Source: Amoebophrya sp. A120
Lineage: Eukaryota; Protista; Dinoflagellata
Length of the DNA stretch: 64,000 nucleotides
NCBI GenBank assembly: GCA_905178155.1
Contig: CAJINV010000006.1
Coordinates: 892,557 to 956,556, forward strand
Reading direction: 5' to 3'
Program-made: the position numbers and the translations under genes
The notes under the pieces: model-generated
The model's database searches: none
The model's input: only the letters and a program-made list of their open reading frames with translations
What the model was told of the DNA's origin: nothing
Shown: positions 36,501 to 48,200 of the stretch, in pieces
Layout: each line of letters opens with the position of its first letter
How positions within the stretch are numbered: position 1 is the first letter of the stretch

Positions 36501-37394
36501 ATGGGACACTGCGTTTTTGCATGACAGCAAAGAGGAGCCCTTCGCTGCCACGCAATACAGAACTCAGAATCATGCCAGATTAGCATGCCAAATCTCGCGA
36601 TCTCCCAGACCCAGAGCCAGACATATTTGCATTTTATAGAGCACCACCATTTGCGAGCTGCTGAACAAGAAATCCGACTATAGGTGGACGCTGACGAAGG
36701 GTATAGGAAGAATAGTGATGTGGAAATCGAAATGTATACTTATTTCTCTTCGTCGTTAGTACTATCCGAGAGCTGCCAGTAGTACACGACGAGAAGTTGT
36801 ACTAGCGATGTGCATTTTTGTCATGCGTCGAGCACTAGGCATGTGCATTTGTCATGCGAAAACCACATAGACGTACCAAATCAATATCAATTCAAAAACC
36901 GAGGTCCGGACTACGACCCAGTAACGAACCGCAAGGACTTGATTGTGGATCTCGACAGCCTATCCTGTGCAAAAGTATCCGATACTTGTATAAATGCATT
37001 ACAAATTGCCTCAGCATGAGAAATAAAATCTGTAATGCGGATTTACCTTTAGAAAAAAAACTTGTAATGCATGATTGCAACTACGACGAGCATCAGATAC
37101 TTTTGCACAGGATACAGCCTGAAGGAGGTGGACGTGAAGCAGAGCCAGTTCGAGTTGCTGTCGAAGACGTTATATGCAATGCAAAAGTATCGTACTCGTA
37201 TTGCAATCATGGATTACAAATCCTTCTCTCCAGGTAAATCAGCATTAGAAATTTTATCTCTCATGCTGAGGAAATTTGTAATGCATTTAAACGAGTACGA
37301 TACTTTTGCACAGGATACGTTAGACGGCCTGGAATTGAATTGTTTGGTGCGGCAGGAAGAGGGGCAGACAAACTCTTCAAATGTGGGCAAATAA
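33520..37394 (+). CDS. Hypothetical protein: N-terminal Cys/His zinc finger plus conserved-looking unknown domain
   Basis: CPKQH..CAVC..WRCFPCDFHMCIDC; VIPDYSNRGHTGLSVEHVH; YDIPVLVRE; YCSLGNGHFFQALN; SQFELLSKTLDGLELNCLVRQE. Frame kept across 8 introners and 3 GT-AG introns; TAA 37392-37394. Confidence 0.75.
33775..34149. mobile_element. Introner F3 with small retro-insertion
   Basis: TIR; DR TCCCC/TCCTT. Confidence 0.9.
33847..33935 (+). mobile_element. Short SINE-like or 5'-truncated LINE insertion with (ATG)n tail
   Basis: Absent from F3 copies 1473 and 53768; flanked by an ATGCGG duplication. Confidence 0.7.
34232..34400 (+). other. GT-AG intron
   Basis: GTAAG..CCAG; contains GCATGACA. 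Confidence 0.75.
34621..34873. mobile_element. Introner F5
   Basis: TIR; DR AGGGA. Confidence 0.9.
34919..35226. mobile_element. Introner F3
   Basis: TIR; DR GACCG/TTCCG. Confidence 0.9.
35411..35559. mobile_element. Introner F2
   Basis: TIR; DR AGGTG/AGGTC. Confidence 0.9.
35620..35832. mobile_element. Introner F4
   Basis: TIR; DR GACGG. Confidence 0.9.
35868..36241 (+). other. GT-AG intron
   Basis: GTAC..ACAG keeps frame; contains GCATGACA. Confidence 0.6.
36380..36638. mobile_element. Introner F1
   Basis: TIR; DR GAGAA/GAGCA. Confidence 0.9.
36701..36870 (+). other. GT-AG intron with introner remnants
   Basis: G+TAT..ATA+G; two TTTGTCATGC motifs; TIR decayed. Confidence 0.75.
36961..37114. 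mobile_element. Introner F2
   Basis: TIR; DR CAGCC. Confidence 0.95.
37173..37317. mobile_element. Introner F2
   Basis: TIR; DR CGTTA. Confidence 0.95.
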
Positions 37395-39234
37395 CACTTC
37401 TACACAGCAGCAGCAGCTGGTGTACATCATCAGACCGTCGCCTGCTAACAACTACAGCCTACTGTGCAAGAACTACTTTTCCAGCACCCAGGGGACGAAA
37501 CTGATCGTTCCAGGAAGTAAGTAAGCAAATCTTGTGTTTCTACAACTGACTGCAAAAATCCTCCTCGTATCGAAGATCCTTGCGAGGGACGACGACCGCG
37601 GAGAACAGTACTAGAACAAGCAAACAACACCATGTGCATTTTCCAACAGCAACTTGGACACAGCAATAAATGCTTACATCATGGACGATGCGCTTCTTGA
37701 GGTGCTGCTGGTTTATATTGGTTGCTCCACAACTACTAGACGAGTCGGTCGACGTCGACGTGAGATGAAAGAAGCCTCCATAAATACGACTTCTATCTAC
37801 TGCTGGGGATGATCGAGTACCAAGGCAGGGATTCCTGTCCTCGCACTTTTTCATTTTCCACCGGTGGTCTTTAGGGGAAAGAGACCTAGCAGGATCAGTG
37901 AACAAGTCGAGAAAGACACAACAACCCCGCTCCTGTTCGACGTCACGATAGTTTCAGTTTGACAGGAAAAAGAACCTGCAAATAAACAAAATTGGGACGA
38001 AGCAACGACATTTTTCTGTGCGAAACGGAAGGTGCATTTCTTGTCCTCTTTTGTAAAGAAGAAAACGACTTTGTTCGTGGGGCGGAGACTTTGAATTTTT
38101 GAAAACCTCCTCGTACGTTTTTGATACCACTCGACGCACTTCTAAAAAAGCAGCAGTTCGTAGTTGTTGAGAAAGATTACTAATACCATATGGAGTTGGA
38201 GCTTCTTGAAACAACAAGTTGAAGACGAGCTCCACATGCACAATTGCGACTGCTAGAGCATCATGATGGTCATCTTCAATTGGGGAAGTAGAGAAATTCT
38301 TGGGCGATGTTGAACCACCTACGAATTTTTAATCACGCATGAACAAGCGGAATGAAAAATGTACATAAGAAGTAGGTGCATGGGCAACATTATAGCAACG
38401 TCATGGTGCACGATCTCACGGTTACAAACACAATCTTGATCTTCTTGTCACGCGTCCGCGAAGAGGCACGACCAGGAAGAACTTCGCGACCGAAATATAA
38501 AAATGAACCCACATCACATTGCCAGAAACTGGGGCTGTGTTGAATCCCGCTGCTGCCGCCGTAGAAGCGAAATTCGAAAAAAATATACAATTGAATTCCA
38601 AGAATGCCGTTATTTTTTTTCGGCTGTGAAGACTGAGACTGACTCTGCTTCTGTCTGAATTTTTGTTCCGAGCATCCAACAGCAGTTTTTTTCCTTCGTC
38701 TGTCGTTTTTGCTTTATTTTCGACCTGTTCGCATCCGTTGCCGAAATTAAAATTTTGAAGGCTCGATTGTGCAGCTCTTGCATTCACGTCGTTCTTGCTG
38801 CTTCGAGTTCGAGATAGAAGATGAGAGACGGTTCTGCTATTTTCTCAAAAAATCGCCTGTCGATGTTGATAATTCTCGTAACCACTTGTCTTTCCGTCGT
38901 TTCGATGCAAAAACAGCACAGCGCCTACAGCCGTCCATCGAAAAGATAGCCAACACGTACCTACAACAACGCCAACAACTACTTTTCGTTTTACTTCTAT
39001 CTAGCAAGCGTCTCGTCATTCGAAAGCTCTTTTTAGGTTGCAAATCTTCGCTGACATCATCAAGACACAAGAACTACAAACAGAAACGCAAGAGCAAGCC
39101 AGTTCTTGCAATACAAAGATCGGGCGTAGTACGATAAGCCGTAGAATGACGAGAATTTCGTCCCAGATCAGAAAATTTGAGAAAAAAAAGACTGTGATTC
39201 TTACAAAAAGGAACAAGTTTTGAAATACCAAAGA

Positions 39235-42200
39235 ATGATGTCGACAACTTTGTCTACTACACGACCTGCGACAGTTCAACAGCCGCAACAAGAGATGAAA
39301 GCGCTTTCCTGGGCCGAGCGGCTCCGGATCCCGTCGAAGATGCGGACGGTTGTTGTTTCGCCGAAAATTATCATGGAGTGCTCGATGAAATCAGTGGAAC
39401 CAGTTGCGCTACCGCCTCCACAAAAAGGACTAGCAATAAGCGGACGAAAAAATGCCGCCGCTGCTCCACCTGCTGGAGCGGTACTTGTCGATAAGAAACA
39501 GGAGCTGCACCCTGTCTCGAACAATATCAAGAGCGAAGTTGTTGCAGCAGCGGTCGTCCGCGAGAGGACTGAGCGCAACAGTACCACGACGCCGGAGCGA
39601 ACAACTGCATCACCGGCTAGCTACGTCGAGGAGGAACAAGCGACCATCACTGAAGCAGATCATACTGACAGTACTAACCAGCACGCCGAGGTGGATGAAC
39701 ACCTCCAGAAGCTGATCGTGAAGCCTAGCCCCGCCGGAGATCATGGTCCTCGTGGTTGTACTTCTTCTAGCAGTTCTTGTGTCGACTCCTCCTACAACCC
39801 CGATTCAGATACCAGTCCAGCTTTCTCCACCACGACGGCGTCATCCTTTTCCCCTTCGACTTCGTCCTCGTCGTTCTCGCCTTTGTCTTCATGCGGAACG
39901 AGTAAAGCGGGAAGCTTTTCTCAGGCAGAATCACATGAAGCTGAGGAAGACGAAGAACAAAATGAAAATCATGTTGTATGCACTGCAAAAGTTTCGTACT
40001 CGTATAAATGCATTACAAATTTCCCCAGCATGAAAAATAAAATTTGTAATGCAGATTTGCCTTGGAAACAAGATTTGTAATGCAAGACTTGCATTTGTAC
40101 GAGTACGATACTTTTGCACAGGATATGTTGGGTCGTTCCTCGATTTACGATCCATCGTCCTGTCCAAGTTCGCGCACAGGCACGCTGCCATGGCAAACAG
40201 CATTACAAAGTCGCAGTCGACAACGACGTGCAGTAGAGAAGAGAAAATGGACACTCCCTGCTCCGTATCCTGTGCAAAAGTATCGTACTCGTAGTAATTG
40301 CAGTCACGCATCACAAATCTTTTTCTTAAGGTAAATCCGCATATACAAATTTCATTTCTCATGCTGAGGAAATTTGTAATGCAATTACGCGAGTGCGATA
40401 CTTTTGCAATTGATACTCCGTCATCCCCGTAGACGGCGTCGAGCTGGAGATTCTTTTGACGATCCATACCGCGATGGAAGCAGTGGTCCGAAAAGAACAC
40501 AACTACAGGAAGATGAACTACAGTAAACTCGATGGAAGTAATACGCAAACCGCAACACAAATTCAGCACGGCATGCAGCGTATGAATTGCAAAAGTAATA
40601 TCGTACTAGTAGTAATTGCAACACAAATTGGCTCAGCATTACAAATTGAATTTGTAATGCGGATTTTCCTTAGGGACTAGATTTGTAATTCATAAATGCA
40701 ATTAGTACGAGCACGATACTTTTGCACAGGATACAGCTCTTCGGCAGTTCGGTGAACGGATTTCGCTTATCCATTCGAAAAAGCATTTCGCCCTTACATA
40801 TAGTATTGCGCATGACAACGTTCCTCAGCGCGCTGGAAAATGATGAAATTTGCGATGCTAAATCAGGTAGTGGTAGGACAACGAAGATAAAACATATACG
40901 ACATCTGTAATGCGTGATTGCAATATTAATTAGGTCTTGCACGACATCAAAATGTCGTGTGTAGAAATGCTTTTGCGCAGGTGGATATCGGTCCAAAAAC
41001 AGCGACTTGGATTTGAGCTGGGATTTGCCGGATTCCGTGGTGAGAGAAGAAGCGTTAGCCAGGCTACATGACGAACTAGAGGTGATGTTGACCATGACCA
41101 CCACCCTGACGGAGCATGAGGAAGATAATCACGTAGAACCGCAGCAAATACAATTACTATCGCATGAGGACCACGACCACAAGAAGATGAATCTGAACTC
41201 CAAACCCGTTATTTCCCACCTCCATCGTCTCGAATTAATCCCGAGCCGCAAGACGCCGATTCTGCGGTGCCACTTCAGAAAGAACGGAGGAACTACAGCG
41301 GATCAAGCGACCGTAGTGGAGATTTCGGTCCGAAACGAAGCCGGCATCGCGAACAGTGTCTTGCTAAAAAACCTGGGCGAATCCCTACACCAAGACGCGT
41401 CTCTCCTGGGTATTTTGGTGAAGCAGTGGGCGAAGCGGCGGCAAATACCCTCCGCGAGCGCCATATGGGAGTGTCAGGATCGAAATCGACAAAGTTGAAA
41501 TTATTTGTAATGCATAGAATGATCGATAGCAATTCCAATTGGAGACCCAATCGCCAAGCGGCGCATGACAAGTTTTGGTGGAACCCAAATCCAGTCTGTT
41601 ATGCTGGTTAGGCAAAGACGATACCTCTTGCCATGCTATTTTAGCAGCCCTGTCTCTAACGACCCCGAACAGGCTTCTAATCGCCCTCTTTTGCCTGCTC
41701 TGCAAGACAGGCAATCTGTGCATTTTATTTTATGCATCACAAATTTTTTCAACTTTGTCCATTTCGATCCTGACATTTTCATACGCCGGCGGGTTGTCGA
41801 GTTACTGTCTCATTTTGATGGTGTTGTACTTCCTGGGGTCTAGAAGTAGTACCTCGTCGTGCAGTCAAGATGAAGCTCCCGGCAGGAGCTGCTACTTCCG
41901 GAATGATCCAGCAGGCCGCTTCGAAAGTGATAAAACAAATGGAGGTGAACATGATGAACATCAAGTCCCTGCTTCTGGTCCTGGTTCATCGAGTTCTGCT
42001 CGTCCTACTAGAAGAACGCCCACCACCACCTTAGAGCAGCTCTTCCTCGAGTTCTGTGAGTTCTACACCGCGCCGCCGACCCGCGCAGTAAATACGAGGA
42101 GCAGCGGTACTATTGCGACGGCGCCAAAACGACCGAGCGACACACACCAAGACGACGAGCGGCATGTGGTTTCTTCTGATCAAGTTGCATTGTTCCCATT

Positions 42201-45200
42201 CCACTTCGACAAAAACACCGACTGTGTCTGCGTCCGGGGGATGTTTAAAGATATATCTGCACGAGTAGCACAAGCACAACAAGAACTACCGGTGTCAAAA
42301 ATTATGTCGACCACCAGCTGCACACAAGGACCAGGGGCGGCGACTTCTGCGAGTAGAACCCCTTCTAGAAGAAGTTGTACTACACCGCTGAACTTTTCTT
42401 CTCCATCAGCGCATAATTCCGCAGGAGTTTCATCATCATCTCGTGTTGAAACAAGCACGGTGACCACAAGTAAGTGTCAAATGTAAAAATGTCTGGGTCT
42501 GGAAGCATCCAAATTTGTGATGCGTATTGCCGAACACAGAAAAATCTCTCATGCATAGGTAGCAAAAGCTGCCCACTCTCTGTCACCAAAGTGGGGGACT
42601 TGTCATGCGGATTCGGCATTGCGGAAGCTTCTCGAAACCTGTGATGCTAGAGCTTCCATGCCAGCATTGACTCTTCCAGACCCAGACATTTTTGCATTTG
42701 ATAGTAAGATCCCAAAACCCAACCCGACCGACGCGGAATTAAAGCAGACCTGGTCGTATGCCGTGCAAAAGCAGTGTACTCGTATAAATGCTTTTCCTCA
42801 GCATGAGAACTAAAATTTGTAATGCGGATTTACTTTTGAGAAAAAGATTTGTGATGCATGATTGCAAGAATTACTACTCCCCAAGAGATTTGAATCGAGC
42901 ACTGCCCGAGATTTTAGATGATGAATATTTGAAAAAATGAAAAAAGAAACTTTTTTAATTTTTGCAGCGCGCGCAAGCTTGCGCTGCCGGGGGGCTTCGC
43001 CCTCCCCATGTTCGCGGAAGATTTTAGACTTTGCCCCGCCCCTTCGGCTTTTTCTTTCTTTGCGTGTAGTGTAGCCTCGGCAGGCGATTCGTTTTCCCCG
43101 CCACCTGCTCGCGTGCTGACGTGGGCGCCTTTGGGGTGCTGTCCGTTTTTTATGTTGCCCGCGCGGCGCGGGTCTCCATGTCGGAGCTAAGGCGTGCGGC
43201 TCCGTGGCGCTTTGTGCTTTTTTTTGCCGGGGCTTTTTTTTGCATTTTTGCTATTTATTTTATGCCAGTAGGAACATGAACAGCAGCCCGCCTCTGCAGT
43301 TGGCGCCCTTTTTCTCTTTTTCGTGTCGAAATTTTCGTGGGCCAAACACGCGGCGCCGGCTGTGTCTTTCGCACTTTGCTTCCAGAGCTAGTGGCGCGAC
43401 TGCTTCGCGTAAGCGCCCCTGAATTAGCACCAAGCGAGGCTCTTCGTTGGTTTTCCATGTAATGCAATCCCGGAGGCCGGTCCGGCGTGTCAGCCAGCGG
43501 CCTGCTTCTTGGTGCGGACATTTTTCTGGTGTTTTTCGTTTCGCGCGTTGGACGCGTGGGGTTTATCTTCATGTCAGGGCGCAGAAGAGTGACGCGGCGG
43601 CGTTTTTCGCTCCTTGTCTGCATTTGTGGGCTTACTATCCTTGCTGCGCTGCAGCGCCAGCCCCGACTTGCCAAGCATGAGAGGCGCCGCGGTTGCTAAG
43701 GTTTTACGCTAAAAGTGGCGACGCTGTCCATGTTTTGCCTTCGTCTTACTTTTTGGGTGTCTTTCCGTTGCTTTTTTGCCGTACTTCGTTCATTTTGTTG
43801 CGTTTTTGCGCCTTTTCGAGCTACGCGGAGCTTTTCTGGCGCATTTTGGGGCTAAAAACGAACAAACCGCCTGGGGCTGGTTATTTTCGCCGCCGGTTTG
43901 CCGTATTTCGTTCATTTCGTCGCGCTTTTGTGCCTTTTTAAGTTGGAGGAAGTTTCTGTGGCGCATTTTGGTCCTCAGAACGGCCAAACTGTCTGGAATT
44001 GGCCTGGCGGATGCGATAGCGCCACCGCTCTGCGGACTTGCTCCTGCAAAATCACCGGCGCGCGCCTTGTCGCGCCTTTGCGCCTTTTTGGAGAATTTGC
44101 AAAGTGTTGCACTTTTTCACCTATTTCGATGGCTTTGCGACGTTTTTGCTTTAGTTTGCGTCTGTTGGTGCATTTGCGCACCTTTTTGAGCTGAGGGGAG
44201 CTCTTTTGGCGCATTTTGGTCCTAAGTACGACCAAACTGTCGGGAGTTAGCCTTACGGGTGCGACAGCGCCAACGCGCTGTGAACCGCTGCAAAATCATC
44301 GGCGCGCGCAATGTCGCGACTTTGCGCATTTTTCGAGAATGCGCATAGTGGCGCACTTTTGTGCCTATTTTGAAAAATTTGCGCCCTTTCCGCCTTAGTT
44401 TTTGCATTTTTTCTGGCGCATTTGCGCAATTTTTAGGCTTAACAAGGTGGCCCCGCCGTGTGCTTTTTCGTCCAACCATTTCGCTCTTTTTGACTTAACA
44501 AGACCTGTTCTGCAGTGAAATGAGTCGAATTAGCACCAAAAAGGCGCGTCTGTACCTTAAGAAAGTTGGCACTTTTCTTTCCATGTGATACATGTTTGCA
44601 ATACAAGTTGACAACTTCTGCAAAATTAGTCGCCTTTTTGTCTTTTTGGCTTAGCGAGACCCAATCTGCACCAGGATGGCCCTAGTTAGCACGAAGAAGC
44701 TGTCTCTTTGCCGTTGTTGCTTTTCGTTGGCCAGCGCCACGAGCGATTCCGAAGCCGAGCGCGTTAGTTTGCTAGCCAGATCTGCTCCACTTTGTTCACA
44801 TTTTCGCCTGAATAAGCGAGACAACTGTACTGGAATCAGGTGGGCGGCGTCCGTTCTTGCCGGCCTTGGGCCATGCTTTTTGTCGTGTTTTGACTCGTGC
44901 TGTTTGTCTGCGCGCATGTGCGTGCTTCTTTGGGGATTTTTGTCTCGTTTTTCTTTTATTTTGCTTACTTACAGCGCCTGTGTTCGCGTTTCTGTAGTTT
45001 TTTATTCGAATTTGGCGCATTTCAGCACATTGTGGGCGTTCTAGAATCGAACCACCTGCCAAATAGACTAACAAACGCAGCGACAAGCATCGCAAAACTG
45101 TGGCGCTGCGTTTTGGTGCACGGTTTCCGCCTGCGCGCGTATTGTTGTGAAGTTGCCGCGTTTTCTGGTCAATTAGCGCACTTTGGTGCATTTTTGCGGG

Positions 45201-48200
45201 TTTTTGCGTCATTTTGACGCATTTGGTTGCATTTTCGCGCTTTTTTGATGCAATTTGCTTAAATCTGATCTATTTTAAGCGATTTCGAAAAAAAAAACAG
45301 CGGGCGACTTTTAACCTTATAGCTCACAGCTCGCGACTTTTTTCGAATTTCGCAAGTTTTTGCGAGTGTGCCTTTATGCTCATTTTTGTCGTTATTTTGC
45401 TCAGTTTGCGACTTTTTTCCTTTTTTTGTCGCATTTTCGCACATGAGGGCACTTTTAGCGCTTAACTATGTGGCCCCGCCGTGCGCTTTTCCGGCGTTTT
45501 TGTTGTTTTTGACTTAACAAGACCAGTTTTGCACTAAAATGACCTGAATTAGCACGAACGCTGTGCATTTTGACCTTAAGAAAATTGAAATTTTTTTTTC
45601 TGATGTGATGCATGTTTGCAATACAAGTTAAAGACGAGTGCGACGCTTTTGCAATGCATAGTCTGCGGTTCGGGCGAAAACCGGAACAGCTGTACGTTCG
45701 GGATCCGTTGATTGATCGGAACGTGGCGGATACGCAAGAAAAAAACCATGTGAGTGTAAGTCTGTGATGCAGAAATATCCAACGCAGTTATCGCTTGTCA
45801 TGCTGGATGTGCGACGTCATAGGCTACTTTCATTTACGTGTAGTTTCCAGTGATACAACTGGCTGCGCATGACAGGTTTTGTTCCCTGTAAAAATGCAAA
45901 GCGAATTTGTGATGCTGCGGTTTCTACAAATAAACTACGCTTACACGGTAGTTTTTTTCCTGGATAGCGGAAACGTGCAGTGCGAAGAACGAAGATTTGT
46001 TCTTCCAAGAGTTAAAATTCGCCAAGGAGAGGATGCGGGAGTTCTTTCATCAAGAGGAGCTAAATTATGCAGCGGAAGAAACTACACACGACACAAGTGC
46101 TGTCATTAAAGGTGCTGCAGCAACAGCACAATCAAGACACCACGACCAGATGACATCAAACAAGGGGATGTTGTTGAACCAGAAGAGCGACACTCGAAGC
46201 GGACGAACTAGTGCAGCACGTAATACCAGTTCGACGGAGTTGCACCCTGGCGATGGTGGAAGTAGATTAAATCGTCTGCAAAGTAGAACGAAGATTCTGG
46301 AGGAACTGTTTCTGGAGCAGCCGGGCGTGGAGTTTTCTCATCAACATCAAGACCAGAACGAAGATAAAATCGTGTCCGACGTCGAACAAGCACCAGATCA
46401 TGATTTCAACTTCTACTACCCGATCTACCCCCCGCCCCCGCCAGCAACAGATCTTCGGGGCCTGACCAAAACCAAGACCTGGCCTGGGGGGCAGAACGCG
46501 GAGGTTCGGCAAGATGAAGAACCAGAACCCGCCGGAGGACCACCGGAGATGATAACTACTACCCGTCCTCGGATGGACATCGAGAGCGACCTAGAACACT
46601 ATACACCAGCAGGAGTTCTTGCACTTCGCGCAATCACATTGCACGAGGGATCATTTGCCATCGAAGACACCCCCGAGACGAGCTGCTGCTGTACGAGCAA
46701 AAATCCTTCTTCTTGGGAGCAATACTGTTACCGAGTTCTGTTTCAGAGACAACTAGTACGACCCCTCCAGGTCGTGGACGATAATTTCGATCAGGTGCAA
46801 CTACAACCAGCAACCGCGGTAGAAGAAGTACAACTAGAGGGACATCAGAGACAACAGCATGATTGTCGGAAAGAGGAGTTGTTGGACTACTGTTTGAAAG
46901 AAGTCGATAAGATGAGAAGCATGGCAGTTGTGTTGTCAACAACATCTCAGCAAAAAGTGCTTGCGTCGACTGCTGCAACAACTTCGTCCACCCCCACAGG
47001 AGCGAACATGATCATGGGCTTATGCATTGCAAATATGTCTGGGTCTGGAAAGAACCTGTGATGCAAGGAAGGGAATAGTGAGAACACTGTAATGCGCTGC
47101 CAAGCATGACAATTTTTTCGGTGCTTCTGAGTTGCGTACTCCGCATGAGAAACTGCGTTTTTGCATGACAGCCCACGGGAGCTCTTCGCGGCCACGCAAT
47201 ACAGAGTTCGGAGTCGTGCCAGACTAGCATGACAAATCTCGCAATCTCCCAGACCCAGACACATTTGCATTTGATAGGCCTGCAATAGGAGCACCGCGAC
47301 CTCCTCAAGGTCGTCAACGAGCTCAATGTCGACGTCTATGTCAACAGAAAACGAGAGACGAGATGACCCGTCGTCTCCAACCAGCGGCTTCACAACTCCT
47401 TGGTATTGGCAAGATCCGCAAATGATCTGCACCAACTACAACCCCTGGCTTTTGCCCGCGTACAGTAGTTACAACAAGCGGGAACAACAAGCAGGGGGGC
47501 CGCGACGAATGCAAGAGCCTAGTATAATCAAACCTACCCACCGCATCGACTTTCAAGACGGGTGGAACGAGGAAAATTTCGTGCAGTACCGGGGGAGATT
47601 TTCCCACTGGAGGTGTCGTGTGGATTTTGTCGTACGCAGGCCGGAGTTTGATGTTCAGGCGACTTGTGGCACTACTACTTCCATGTGTTCAGCGTCGCAT
47701 GGAGTAGTAGATGAAAAGATCAGCAGCACTCGTGTCTTCTACCCAAAACCGGAATTGCTGCGGATTCGGAAAAAGTTTGGGAACAGAATGGACCTGGAAG
47801 CGGAGGATTGGTATGAAAAAAATGCCCACGTGCACGTCGACCAGAACTGCGCGAGAATGAAATCCAATCACAACTCCATTCACACCAGCAACGCCGTCGG
47901 GCAGCGCGGAGCAAACGTGTTCAACAGCAAAATTACCCAACGTAACAGGACTGCAAGTTGTGCTTTAGACCACGTCGTGCACCAGCTGCAAGAAGACGAA
48001 GGAGCAATTTTCAATCAAGAAGGACCACAAAGAACAGCGTCAAAAAGCACCGGCGTTCTTGGACAGCAACAGGAGAATGTGAATGGCTGGCAACTACACG
48101 ACAACGGCAAGAATACGTCGTCCTGGAGCAGCACCTACTTCCACATGTTTTCGCCTATGAATTGCAAAAGCTGCATCGTACTAGTAGTAATTGCAATACA

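Noticed and set aside
7466-45634. An autonomous transposase inside the long insertions (7466-8512, 19023-19692, 42877-45634)
   Set aside because: No credible ORF or DDE, HUH or tyrosine-recombinase motif; the mobiliser is not in this window.
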